Source: Candidatus Latescibacterota bacterium (GTDB lineage: Bacteria; Latescibacterota; UBA2968). From it: a stretch of DNA of 64,000 nucleotides. A program made the position numbers and the translations under genes. Below the pieces are notes generated by a model that had not been told where the DNA came from, did no database searches, and saw only the letters and a list, made by a program, of their open reading frames with translations. Of this stretch, positions 37,657 to 47,244 are shown one piece after another (position 1 is the stretch's first letter; every line of letters begins with the position of its first letter). The DNA lies in the NCBI GenBank assembly GCA_965222605.1, contig OZ244960.1:2464001-2528000 (forward strand), given 5' to 3'.

Positions 37657-38652
37657 ATGGCGAGATATGGTGTTCAACAAGAGGACTTTCACGGACACGC
37701 GCTTTACGTATTGCGGGATATTGAAACCAATCGTGAAGCCAGTATTTTGCCCTCGGTGGGCAACAATTGCATCTCCTACAAAATCCCAAAAAGCGATGGC
37801 CTGTTAGAACTGATTTATTCCCCGCCCGATCCCGACACCCTGAAAGGCCGCGCAAGTGGATACGGCATCCCCATATTATACCCCTGGCCCAACCGCATAG
37901 ATGGCGGCAAATTTTCGTTTGATGGCGCAGAATACCAGCTCGAAACCCCTGCCCCGGGCGAACACGCTTCTCACGGCTATGTTCACGAACGGCCCTGGCG
38001 CGTGGTCAATTCCGGCGCATCGGAAGGTGCGTGGGTAACCAGTGTCTTCACATCGACGGACTTTCCGGAAATCGGCGCGCATTTTCCCTTTCCCTTTGAA
38101 GCACGGGTAACATATCGGCTGAAAGACGGGATACTACACCTCGAATTTGAAGGCACCAATGCAGGCGATAGCGACATGCCCGTCGGCCTGGGCATCCATC
38201 CCTATTTCCCCCTACCACTCACTGAAAATAGCAACCGGGACCTGTGTACCGTGTGCATGCCCGCATCGACGTACTGGCCCTTGCGCGATGACCCCATCCC
38301 CACAGGAGAGATTTTATCCGTTGACGGCACAGTATTTGACGTGCGCGAAAACACGCTATTGAAAGATCGATATTACGACAACGTCTGGTCCGGCGTATCT
38401 TTAACCGATGGATGGAGCCGATGTGAATACATCGACCCAACCGAAGGCGTGACCATCGCAATGGAAGCCAACGACATATTCCGCGAACTCGTACTCTACG
38501 CCCCCGATACCCGTCCCATCGTATGCTTTGAACCCTATACCTGTGTCACCAACGCCTTCAATTTGCAAAATCAGGGCATTGATTCAGGCTTGATACGCCT
38601 CCAACCCGGTGAAAAACTAACCGGAATAATGAAAATTGTGGGGGAGGCATGA
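37657..38652 (+). CDS. Aldose 1-epimerase family protein
   Basis: GIPILYPWPNRI, SHGYVH, GIHPYF, VCFEPYT. AAGGAG RBS. Confidence 0.9.
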   Translation: MARYGVQQEDFHGHALYVLRDIETNREASILPSVGNNCISYKIPKSDGLLELIYSPPDPDTLKGRASGYGIPILYPWPNRIDGGKFSFDGAEYQLETPAPGEHASHGYVHERPWRVVNSGASEGAWVTSVFTSTDFPEIGAHFPFPFEARVTYRLKDGILHLEFEGTNAGDSDMPVGLGIHPYFPLPLTENSNRDLCTVCMPASTYWPLRDDPIPTGEILSVDGTVFDVRENTLLKDRYYDNVWSGVSLTDGWSRCEYIDPTEGVTIAMEANDIFRELVLYAPDTRPIVCFEPYTCVTNAFNLQNQGIDSGLIRLQPGEKLTGIMKIVGEA

Positions 38653-39242
38653 CCAATCGATTACAACAACAAATCGCGTTCTTGCTCGAAGTTGATAAAC
38701 TCAAGCAAATTTTTCGGCAAACCTATTTGCTCGACGAGACGCGAAAAGAAAACGACGCCGAACACTCGTGGCATTTTGCGATGTTTGCACTCATCCTCGC
38801 GGAATACGCGCCCGACCCAGTGGATATCCTGAAAGTAATCAAAATGGCGCTGGTCCACGACCTCGTGGAAATCGATGCGGGCGATACCTTTCTCTACGAC
38901 GAAGCGGGCAACGCCGACAAAGCCGAGCGCGAGACAAAAGCCGCCGACCGCATCTTTGCACTCTTGCCCGAAGAACAGGGCGGAGAACTGCGCGCATTGT
39001 GGGAGGAATTTGAAGAAAAAAAGACACCCGAGGCAAAATTTGCGGGCGCAATGGACCGATTTCAACCTTTTCTACACAATTGCAACACGCAGGGACGCGC
39101 ATGGCAAGAGCACGGGATCACTGCCGATCGCGTATTGCAAAGCAACAGCCACATCTCAATTGGCGCGCCCATTCTATGGAATCGCGTGCAAGAACTGGTT
39201 GATGAAATGGTCGCTGAGGGATATATTGATGTCGAAAAATAG
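38649..39242 (+). CDS. HD-domain phosphohydrolase (HD_3/YfbR-like)
   Basis: ENDAEHSW, LVHDLVEIDAGD, LWEEFE..TPEAKF..MDR. Confidence 0.9.
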   Translation: MTNRLQQQIAFLLEVDKLKQIFRQTYLLDETRKENDAEHSWHFAMFALILAEYAPDPVDILKVIKMALVHDLVEIDAGDTFLYDEAGNADKAERETKAADRIFALLPEEQGGELRALWEEFEEKKTPEAKFAGAMDRFQPFLHNCNTQGRAWQEHGITADRVLQSNSHISIGAPILWNRVQELVDEMVAEGYIDVEK

Positions 39243-39275
39243 AGGCTAATAATTTTTCGCTCAACGGGAGGAAAT

Positions 39276-41132
39276 ATGAGCCAGACACTCAAGGACTTAT
39301 TAAATGACAGTTTTGAACGACATGCGGATCGCACGGCGGTTCGCGTATTGCGTCGGCCGGATCAGCCCGGCGAAAGGAGATTGCAGTATGTGCCGTTGAC
39401 ATATCTGCAGTTGAAAGCGCAACGGGACAGATTGGCTTCGGGCCTGGCGCAATTGGGATTGGAAAAGGGACAGCGTCTCGGACTTTTGACCGATGGCGGT
39501 CTGGAGTCTGTGCTGGTCTTTCTATCCTGCGATATGCTCGGATTATCGGCAGTGCCGATCTGCAATAAATTGCCCGATGATCTGCTGGTACACAGCATCA
39601 ACCACTCGGGCATCGCCTATTTGTTCACAGATGCAAAAAGTCTGGAACAGGTCGAGAGCGTGCGTGAGCAACTGAACAATCCACCCCAGATAGTCTTGAC
39701 AGAAGGGCATGTCGATGGCGTGCTCTCATTTTTTGAATTGACTCAAAAAGGCGCGGAATCACCGCCGCCAGACGTGGCAATTGAACTCGACGACGAATCG
39801 AAAATTGTGTACACATCGGGATCGTCGGGTCTGCCCAAAGGCGTGATACAAACCCATCGCAATCTCGTGGGTAATATTCTATCCGTATGGGATGCGATCA
39901 GCAACCGCGACCCGGTCATCTTATTCAAATCCGCGCCCGACTATCACACCATGGGCATTTTGAATATCTATTACCCCCTATCAAAAGGCTGGACATTAGA
40001 CCTGGCGCGGTCGCCAGATCGCGTACTGGTAGATATTCGATATTCCGAACCCCAGGGCTTTTTAACTGTCCCACTAATTTTAGACAAAGTATTTGGCAAT
40101 GTGCGAAAAGAAATTGATGCCGGTGGTGCAAAAGGCAAATTGATCGCCCGGTCAGTGCGTGCCAAACAGCGCGTTACGCGCGGTGAAGCGTCGGTCATCG
40201 ACCACCTCGTAAATGCCACACTGGGCAAAAAGGTCGTCGGACAAATCAAAGAAAAGCTCTCGCAGCGCGTGGGCAGCCGTCTCGAACTGTTAATCGTTGG
40301 CTCGGCAAAAGCCGATCCCGAAGCCCTCGACTTTTTTCAGGACGTACTGGATATCGTCTCGCTTGAAGGCTATGGCGTCACCGAATGCAGCCCACTAATT
40401 GCGGCAAACGGGCTGAAAGGACAAAAAACGGGTACCGTCGGACAGCCGTTGCAAGAAGTAAAGATCATCGCCGAGACAGGCGAGGCAATTGCCCATGGCG
40501 ACCCAAAGACAGAAACTTATAGCGGCAGTGGCGATGAGATTGGCGAATTGTGGGTACACGGCGACCACGTCATGACGGGATATCTCAATGATCCCGAACG
40601 CACCGCCGAAGTACTCGTAACCGATGAAGCCGGCAAGGTATGGTATCGCACGGGTGATTTGTTCAGCATGGACGACGAGGGATTTTTGACATTCCAGGGG
40701 CGTCTTGGACGGCAATTTAAATTGAGCAACGGCGAGTTTGTCAATCCTGAACGGCTCGAACGCATTTTTGCTCGCGCATCCCTCATCGAACACGTCTTAA
40801 TCTGCGGCGATCAGACCCGCACATTTCCACTGCCCGTTGTCACCGTAAATGCAGAAGAGGCACAGTTGCAAACAGATATTCCCGATTTGCCCACAGATGA
40901 CGAGGCAGCACTGTGTAGCCATCCCGCAATTGCCGAGCGCATCCGCGAACAATTGTTAAAAGAAGCCACGGCATTTGGCCTTCCCGCGCACGAGCGACCA
41001 CAAAAGATACTGGTCTTGCCAGACCAGTTGAGCGAAGAAATGGGAACCCTCACGCGGGGGTTAAAAAAGGTCGTACCCAAGAGAATTGTAGAAATTTACG
41101 AAAAAGAAATCGCCGCAACTTATGATGGATAA
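39276..41132 (+). CDS. Long-chain acyl-CoA synthetase (AMP-binding)
   Basis: YTSGSSGLPKG, EGYGVTE, YRTGD, KLSNGEFVNP. Confidence 0.9.
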   Translation: MSQTLKDLLNDSFERHADRTAVRVLRRPDQPGERRLQYVPLTYLQLKAQRDRLASGLAQLGLEKGQRLGLLTDGGLESVLVFLSCDMLGLSAVPICNKLPDDLLVHSINHSGIAYLFTDAKSLEQVESVREQLNNPPQIVLTEGHVDGVLSFFELTQKGAESPPPDVAIELDDESKIVYTSGSSGLPKGVIQTHRNLVGNILSVWDAISNRDPVILFKSAPDYHTMGILNIYYPLSKGWTLDLARSPDRVLVDIRYSEPQGFLTVPLILDKVFGNVRKEIDAGGAKGKLIARSVRAKQRVTRGEASVIDHLVNATLGKKVVGQIKEKLSQRVGSRLELLIVGSAKADPEALDFFQDVLDIVSLEGYGVTECSPLIAANGLKGQKTGTVGQPLQEVKIIAETGEAIAHGDPKTETYSGSGDEIGELWVHGDHVMTGYLNDPERTAEVLVTDEAGKVWYRTGDLFSMDDEGFLTFQGRLGRQFKLSNGEFVNPERLERIFARASLIEHVLICGDQTRTFPLPVVTVNAEEAQLQTDIPDLPTDDEAALCSHPAIAERIREQLLKEATAFGLPAHERPQKILVLPDQLSEEMGTLTRGLKKVVPKRIVEIYEKEIAATYDG

Positions 41133-41137
41133 TCCCC

Positions 41138-42169
41138 ATGCCGATTTTCAATCCCGATAAATTGCGGCGCATTGGCCGCGAAGTCTTCGAACGTGTGGGC
41201 GCAACATCCGAAGAAGCCCAAATTGTGGCCGATTTGCTCGTAGCGTCCAATCTCGCGGGTCACGACTCGCACGGTGTCGTCCGCATCCCACAATACGTGT
41301 CCGGAGTTCAGGGCGGACAAATACGGCTCGGAACAACTGTGGAAATCGAGCGGGAAACCGATGCGACAGCCGTCGTGAACGGACATTGGGGATTTGGGCA
41401 TGTAACCGCAACAGAAGCCATGCACATCGCGATCCAAAAAGCCCAAAAAAGTGCCGTTGGCATCGCAACAGTACATCGGTGCAATCACATTGGGCGATTG
41501 GGTGGATATCCCGTGCTCGCCGCGGCTGAAAATATGGCTGGATTGATGAGCAGCAACGGTCACGGCGCCGATCTCTCGATGGCACCCTGGGGAGGTTTGG
41601 GGCGCATCTTACCCGCGAATTGTCTCGCTGTTGCATTTCCTTCGGACCGCGATTTTCCCATCGCACTGGACTTGACCGCCGCAACTGCGGCAGGTGGTAA
41701 AATGCGGGTCGCTCTGGCCCGGGGCGAGCGCGTACCCGAAAATTGGCTAATCGACGCCGAAGGCAAGCCCACAACTGACCCCGCCGACTACGTACACGGC
41801 AATGCCGCGCTAACGCCTTTTGGCGACCACAAAGGATATGGCCTATCATTCGTTTTTGACATCTTGTCCGGCGCCCTGTCGCCCGCTGGCTGCACCCGCG
41901 AAAATTCACCCGTAACGGGCAATGCCCTATTTGTACAGGCTATTCGCATCGATGCATTCCAGCCCATCTCCGATTTTAAAGCCGAAGTCGGGCAATTTAT
42001 CGACTACGTAAAATCGGCAAAAACCGCACCGGGATTCGACGAAATACTCGTACCGGGCGAACGCTCCTATCGCACGGGTTGTGAACGCAAAGCAAATGGG
42101 ATTCCCATAGACGAAACGACATGGGAACAAATTTGCGAAACAGCAAAAAAATTCGATGTGGAAATTTAG
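41138..42169 (+). CDS. Ldh_2-family (malate/L-lactate/sulfolactate-type) dehydrogenase
   Basis: GHDSHGVVRI, NHIGRLG, DHKGYGL, ILVPGE. Confidence 0.9.
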   Translation: MPIFNPDKLRRIGREVFERVGATSEEAQIVADLLVASNLAGHDSHGVVRIPQYVSGVQGGQIRLGTTVEIERETDATAVVNGHWGFGHVTATEAMHIAIQKAQKSAVGIATVHRCNHIGRLGGYPVLAAAENMAGLMSSNGHGADLSMAPWGGLGRILPANCLAVAFPSDRDFPIALDLTAATAAGGKMRVALARGERVPENWLIDAEGKPTTDPADYVHGNAALTPFGDHKGYGLSFVFDILSGALSPAGCTRENSPVTGNALFVQAIRIDAFQPISDFKAEVGQFIDYVKSAKTAPGFDEILVPGERSYRTGCERKANGIPIDETTWEQICETAKKFDVEI

Positions 42170-42323
42170 CTATCAGCGATCAGCTTTACTGGCGTTGTGC
42201 TGCGCGTGCAGTTCCCAATCCAACCACCCCAGGGCAATAGCACTCCACGTCTCTACGCAGCGTATTTAACCTCAGATCGAGACATCGGAAGCGGGTCCGT
42301 TGAGACCATATAAGGTCTTTTGT

Positions 42324-42390
42324 AAGAGCCAATCCGACTATTTTGGGACGATATTATGTCTTATATCATAGTCAGATTGGCTCTTTTTTT
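42324..42390. repeat. 18-bp inverted repeat followed by a T-run (terminator or IS/MITE end)
   Basis: AAGAGCCAATCCGACTAT (42324-42341) / ATAGTCAGATTGGCTCTT (42368-42385), one mismatch. Confidence 0.65.
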
Positions 42391-42418
42391 ATAGAAAACA
42401 ACACGTTATGGACTCTAT

Positions 42419-42540
42419 CGAGAACTGGAGCATACGATACAGCGAGCCGTAATCGTGTGTCAGGATTCTCGAATTGAAGTTGCGGATAGCGGCTTCAGCA
42501 GTAGCTCTCCTGTTTTTACAGACCGCGAAGTCGTGCCTTT
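42419..42540 (+). pseudogene. Remnant of a sigma-54-dependent (NtrC-type) activator
   Basis: In-frame RELEHTIQRAVIVCQDSRIEVAD resembles the WPGNVRELEN.IERA signature. No start codon and no HTH. Confidence 0.6.
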
Positions 42541-42652
42541 GTTTGCATACTTATCGACTTTTAGCAAGGTTTTCAATAGAGATAATCCAACCACATATTG
42601 CAAAAAACTGGAAACTGGGACAAATCCTGAACGATAGGACAAATTTTGGAAA

Positions 42653-42688
42653 TTGACTTCCTCTTATTTTCAGTCTATATAGACTGAA
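42653..42688 (+). promoter_or_regulatory. Promoter overlapped by a perfect 20-bp palindrome (candidate operator)
   Basis: TTGACT-17 bp-TATATA. TTCAGTCTAT|ATAGACTGAA at 42669-42688. Confidence 0.6.
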
Positions 42689-42853
42689 GTTATCCCTTAA
42701 AGTCACAGTTGTGGAGGTTTCAACGTGGGATATCAAGTTGAGCATTTCTATTTGGAGCCACCTGAGATTTTGGGAATCCATCCCCCGCAGTGCTGTCTGA
42801 TCCATCCGGCCAGCGTCAGGTTATCCAAATCACCTGGAAACGGAAGGACAAAC

Positions 42854-45556
42854 ATGATATTTTCCAAATGGAACGCCATTTTACTCTTGTTGGTGTTCGC
42901 TTTTGCTGTTCCGACAGAATCCACACCTCAGGAGGATTCCCCTGCTCCAGGGCACATGATTCACCGATCTATTCCTCCGCCGGGAGCCAGGACCCACATG
43001 GTAATTCCAGGAGAAAGATTTCGGGCCAGTGGGTTCAAACGCTGGTTCTACGGCAGCAATTACCGGGACCTCTGGACCACCTCTATCGAGGTTGCAGTCC
43101 TCGACCTCGACAGCGTAGGAGGTGGCTTGACACCGCTTCGCACCGGCGGATTCGGACAGTCCATCTCTCTTCACTTTACAGGAAAAGACGGCCGCCGATA
43201 TACGGTCCGTTCGCTGGACAAGGATGCCACCCGAAGGGTACCGGACATAGTCAAGGATACGGTCGTGGGCGAAGTCCTCCAGGACCTGATCAGTGCGATG
43301 CTGCCCACCGCGGCGCTCGTGGTCGATCCGCTGATGGAAGCCACCGGCATCCTCCATTCCAAGCACACGCTCGTAGTGATTCCGGATGATCTTAGGCTCG
43401 GAGATTACCGCGCCAGATTTGCTGGCCTGATAGGACTGCTGCAGGAACATCCCTCCGAAGGCCCGGACAATACCGCCGGCTTCGCCGGTTCCCGGAAGGT
43501 GAGCGGAACAGACAATATACAGGACGATCTGGAAGACGGCCCCTGCGACCGTGTCGATGCCCGGGCCTTTCTCAAGGCGCGATTGATGGACTTTCTCATC
43601 GGCGACAAGGACCGTCATCACGGCCAGTGGCGATGGGCGCGGTTCCCCGACGGGGATTGCCATACCTGGCACCCGATACCCGAGGATCGCGACCAAGCCT
43701 TCATCGACTTCGACGGGTTTGCCATGGCGCTGGCGCGCCGAGCAATCCCCATCCAGATTCGGTTCGAGGACACCTATCCAAATCTGGTTGGCCTGACCAT
43801 GACCGGCTGGGAGGTGGATCGCGAATTTCTGGTCGAACTCGACAAGCCGGCGTGGGATTCGGTGGTAGCGAAGTTTCAGAGGGACCTGCCGGATCCAGTC
43901 ATCGAAGAGGCAGTCCGCCGGCTCCCACTGCCGTACTACCAGAGCATTGGCGAAGCTCTGGTCACGGTCCTCAAATCGCGGCGCGACGCGCTACCTGACT
44001 TTGCCGACAGATACTATGCGTTGATTACTCGCCAGGCCGAAATCAAAGCGACTGATCGGGACGAATACCTCCAGTGTGAGCACACGCAGAACGGCGACCT
44101 CGTCGTCCGTATCGGTCTGGCGGAAGGTCCCGACGGAGAAAGAACGGCGCCCTACTTCGAGAGGACGTTCCACCCCGAAGAAACGCAGGAGGTCCGAATA
44201 TCCCTCCGGGGCGGAAACGATAGTGTGGAGATAGCGGGGACCAGGGGACGGATTTCCGTTCGCATCGATGGTGGCGGCGGGAATGACACCTTCGTCAACG
44301 CATCCGAGGTTGGCACTTCCAGGACGGCGTTCTATGACGCTCGCGGCGAGAACCGGTTCGTCAAAGGCAAGGGAGCGCGAACCGACGAGCGTCCCTACCG
44401 GCGCCCGCCCGGCTCGCACACGCCCAACGCCAGGTACGCGCTGGACTGGGGCATGCAGGTGTCAACCGTCCCGATCGTGGAGGTCGATCGGGATCTGGGT
44501 GCGTTCGTCAGGGTGTTCCACAGCCGGCAGTACTTCGGCTATCGTCGCGCCCCTTTCGCTTCGCGGCATTCCTTCAGCCTCGGGCTCGCCACCAGCGGTC
44601 TCAAGCCCTTAGTATCCTATACCGGCACGTTTCGCCGCCTGCTGCGCGACATGGACGCAACCGTCCACGTCGAGTACTCCGGGATCGAGACTATCCGGTT
44701 CACCGGCTTCGGCAACGACACGGAGGTTCGGAGTTCGTCCTCCTTCTACAAGGTGGAACACAGTCATTTCGTTTTCGCGCCCGCCTTCGAGTTTCGACCG
44801 GAACAGCCTGCTGGAGATATGGGGGGTACGGAACCGCAGCGCTCGGAAGTAGCCATCAGTGTGGGGCCGATCATCAAGTACTCTAACACGCCACTGGCTT
44901 CCAACCAGGACAAATTCATCGGTTCTCAGGAACCCCCGGTGTACGGCACGGGTTCCTTCGGTCAAGTAGGAGCACTGGGTCGCATCCAGTACGACACGCG
45001 AAACAATCCCGCGTACCCTACTCGTGGTTTCCTGGTCCGAGGCACCGGAGCCGTTTATCCGAGTGCCTGGGATGCGGAATCGGCCTTTGGCAGCGTAGAG
45101 GGAGCGGTGCATACGTACCTGACGGCTCGCATTCCGACCACTCCGACCCTTGCCTTAAGAGCGGGTGGCAAGAAGGTGTGGGGGACCTTCCCCTTCCAGG
45201 AGAGCGCCTTCCTCGGGGGGCCAGGTTTTGGCGGCGTCGGCACCTCCAGTGGCCATCTCCGCGGTTTTCGCAAGGACCGCTTTGCCGGCGACGCCTCGCT
45301 GTATGCAAATGCCGAACTGCGCTTCGTGCTCGCCCCCTTCCAGTTTTTGATGCCTGGGGAGTTCGGCGTGTTCCTTGCCGCTGACACCGGCCGGGTGTTT
45401 TTCGCCGGGGACCCGGACGATGCCGACAAATGGCACACCGGCGTCGGGGGTGGATTCTATCTTTCGATCCTGAAGCGCCGACGAACCGTGAGCGTTGCAG
45501 TCGTAAAAGGCGATGACTTGACAGGCGTATATCTGCGCGCTGGTTTTATGTTTTAG
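42854..45556 (+). CDS. Omp85/BamA-family outer-membrane protein with an N-terminal atypical kinase-like domain
   Basis: Signal peptide. GGFGQS, RSLDK, IGDKDRHHGQW, EDRDQAF. Barrel motifs YDTRNNPAYPTRG, LRGF..RFAGD..Y.NAELR, DTGRVF, terminal Phe. Confidence 0.8.
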   Translation: MIFSKWNAILLLLVFAFAVPTESTPQEDSPAPGHMIHRSIPPPGARTHMVIPGERFRASGFKRWFYGSNYRDLWTTSIEVAVLDLDSVGGGLTPLRTGGFGQSISLHFTGKDGRRYTVRSLDKDATRRVPDIVKDTVVGEVLQDLISAMLPTAALVVDPLMEATGILHSKHTLVVIPDDLRLGDYRARFAGLIGLLQEHPSEGPDNTAGFAGSRKVSGTDNIQDDLEDGPCDRVDARAFLKARLMDFLIGDKDRHHGQWRWARFPDGDCHTWHPIPEDRDQAFIDFDGFAMALARRAIPIQIRFEDTYPNLVGLTMTGWEVDREFLVELDKPAWDSVVAKFQRDLPDPVIEEAVRRLPLPYYQSIGEALVTVLKSRRDALPDFADRYYALITRQAEIKATDRDEYLQCEHTQNGDLVVRIGLAEGPDGERTAPYFERTFHPEETQEVRISLRGGNDSVEIAGTRGRISVRIDGGGGNDTFVNASEVGTSRTAFYDARGENRFVKGKGARTDERPYRRPPGSHTPNARYALDWGMQVSTVPIVEVDRDLGAFVRVFHSRQYFGYRRAPFASRHSFSLGLATSGLKPLVSYTGTFRRLLRDMDATVHVEYSGIETIRFTGFGNDTEVRSSSSFYKVEHSHFVFAPAFEFRPEQPAGDMGGTEPQRSEVAISVGPIIKYSNTPLASNQDKFIGSQEPPVYGTGSFGQVGALGRIQYDTRNNPAYPTRGFLVRGTGAVYPSAWDAESAFGSVEGAVHTYLTARIPTTPTLALRAGGKKVWGTFPFQESAFLGGPGFGGVGTSSGHLRGFRKDRFAGDASLYANAELRFVLAPFQFLMPGEFGVFLAADTGRVFFAGDPDDADKWHTGVGGGFYLSILKRRRTVSVAVVKGDDLTGVYLRAGFMF

Positions 45557-45574
45557 CTAATGAAGGAGGATGCT

Positions 45575-45685
45575 ATGCTCAACAACATCATCATACGTCT
45601 CGTGATTTACTATCTCGCGTGGCTTTTGATTCTCAATGCGATTTTTCACCTCTTCCCCGAAATTCTCTATTACGTCGCCATGGAG
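45575..45685 (+). pseudogene. 5' fragment of a membrane protein (possibly DUF4956-like)
   Basis: AGGAGG RBS, then MLNNIIIRLVIYYLAWLLILNAIFHLFP. Composition then changes and the frame runs into the convergent gene. The family is a guess. Confidence 0.45.
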
Positions 45686-45810
45686 GGAAAGTTGGCAGTA
45701 TATCATTGGTCAATTGACGAGAAACAGCTAAGTAAAGATGCACATACCATAATACCTGTCGCTGAATTCTCTCGGCACATCAAGGGAGCGGGGTTTTTTG
45801 TTAAACCGCG

Positions 45811-47229
45811 TTATTTTTTCGGTTCAGGAGGCTCAGGTGGTTCGGGTGGCGTGGGAGTTTCTGGCTCGTCTATCTCAATATCCTCATCTGAACGCAAGCT
45901 CAGACTGCCCCGACCGAGTTCAATCGCAACCTTGGAACCGCCGCCATTGAGTTGGCCCGTTACGACCTGTGAGGTGCGCGATACACCGGTAATAGACAGA
46001 GGCAGGTCAGTTTGGAGACGCCCGCGCCCAACATAACCGTGTACATCGACTGCCGAACCATCGGGAATAATGAGGTCAACCGCACCGTCTTTATTTTGAA
46101 TCGCGTAGTCATCGCCAATGGGTTTGTGTGGGCGCACCGCAATATTGCCGCCGCGGCTTTGTATCATTACACCCGCTTCGGGATTTTCAATTTCGATAGC
46201 TCCTCGGTCAGTCTGGACGCTAATCGCACCGGCAATGTCTGCAAGATGCGTTGTGCCGTGGCTATTTTTCACAGTAACATCGCTTCCCACACTGCCAAGT
46301 ACGATGCTACCGCGATTATTTTTTGCAACCGCACGTCCACCAACCCGCTCGGCTTTGACTGAACCGCGGTTATTTTTTGCAACAAAATCACCCCCAACAT
46401 GTTGCACCGCGATATCGCCGTGGTGATGTTTGATGCTTATATTGCCCGACGCGCCTTCAAAAATCGTTTTGCCATGGTGATTGTTGAGATTTGCTGCGCC
46501 ATCAATTGCGGGAAGCGTGATATTGCCGTGCCCGGCTCGCACATTGAGATCAACTTTTTTAGGATGATGCAACTCGAAGTCAATGCGCACAGCTCGAACG
46601 GGATCGTCTTTTTCGCGTTTGGGCACATTGGGTCGTATCTGCACAGCCCCAGATTCTCGTCGTATTTGAATATCAATTTGTTCGGCAAAGGCATTCACCG
46701 CTGCCTCATCAGTTCCCCAAACCGAGATGGTTGCGTCAATCTGAACCTCATCGCGATCCCAAATTTTTGAGGTAACATGGCCTTTTGGCGTGCTTACGGA
46801 TAGACGATCAGATACCTGGATGGGCGTTGTTTCAGCATATTGTCGCACCGCTTTTTCGGGATGCTGTCTATCTCTACCTTCCGTCCATTGTGAAAAGGCT
46901 TCAGATGCCGTTTGCATCGCTTCCTGAACGATCTTGCCCACATCGGGAATTGAGCGCGTAGCCTCGCGCACGGCGCGTCTGGCTTTGGGCATAGCCTCAC
47001 GCAGGGTATCTTGTGCTTCGCGGATGCGCTCTTGCACTTCAACCTGAATATCTGCGCCGCCAGTGCGTCGGCGTCTGCGCTGGCGCTGACGACTTCCATT
47101 GCGTCTGCGCTGGCGAGTTTGCGGTTCTTCTGCAGTATCTCCGAGTGCATCGAGTAATTTCATGGCATCTTCTGCCGTTATTTTTCCATCTTGAAGCATC
47201 TCGAGAACCTTCATGCGTTCTTCTTTCAC
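45811..47229 (-). CDS. DUF4097 beta-repeat protein with N-terminal SHOCT-like helix (LiaX/YvlB-like)
   Basis: EERMKVLEMLQDGKITAEDAMKLL. Repeated KNNRGSV-type units, GQLNGGG. Confidence 0.82.
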   Translation of the reverse strand: MKEERMKVLEMLQDGKITAEDAMKLLDALGDTAEEPQTRQRRRNGSRQRQRRRRRTGGADIQVEVQERIREAQDTLREAMPKARRAVREATRSIPDVGKIVQEAMQTASEAFSQWTEGRDRQHPEKAVRQYAETTPIQVSDRLSVSTPKGHVTSKIWDRDEVQIDATISVWGTDEAAVNAFAEQIDIQIRRESGAVQIRPNVPKREKDDPVRAVRIDFELHHPKKVDLNVRAGHGNITLPAIDGAANLNNHHGKTIFEGASGNISIKHHHGDIAVQHVGGDFVAKNNRGSVKAERVGGRAVAKNNRGSIVLGSVGSDVTVKNSHGTTHLADIAGAISVQTDRGAIEIENPEAGVMIQSRGGNIAVRPHKPIGDDYAIQNKDGAVDLIIPDGSAVDVHGYVGRGRLQTDLPLSITGVSRTSQVVTGQLNGGGSKVAIELGRGSLSLRSDEDIEIDEPETPTPPEPPEPPEPKK

Positions 47230-47244
47230 AGTATACTCCTTTCT

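Noticed and set aside
38649-39242. HD protein as the missing (p)ppGpp hydrolase for Rel
   Set aside because: Its motifs are of the HD_3/YfbR type; it lacks the Mesh1/SAH R..PY..H and HDxxED pattern.
45560-46036. 158-aa ORF as an intact gene
   Set aside because: Its 3' part is the antisense of the DUF4097 C-terminus (GSGGSGG mirrors PEPPEP); only the first ~37 codons look genuine.
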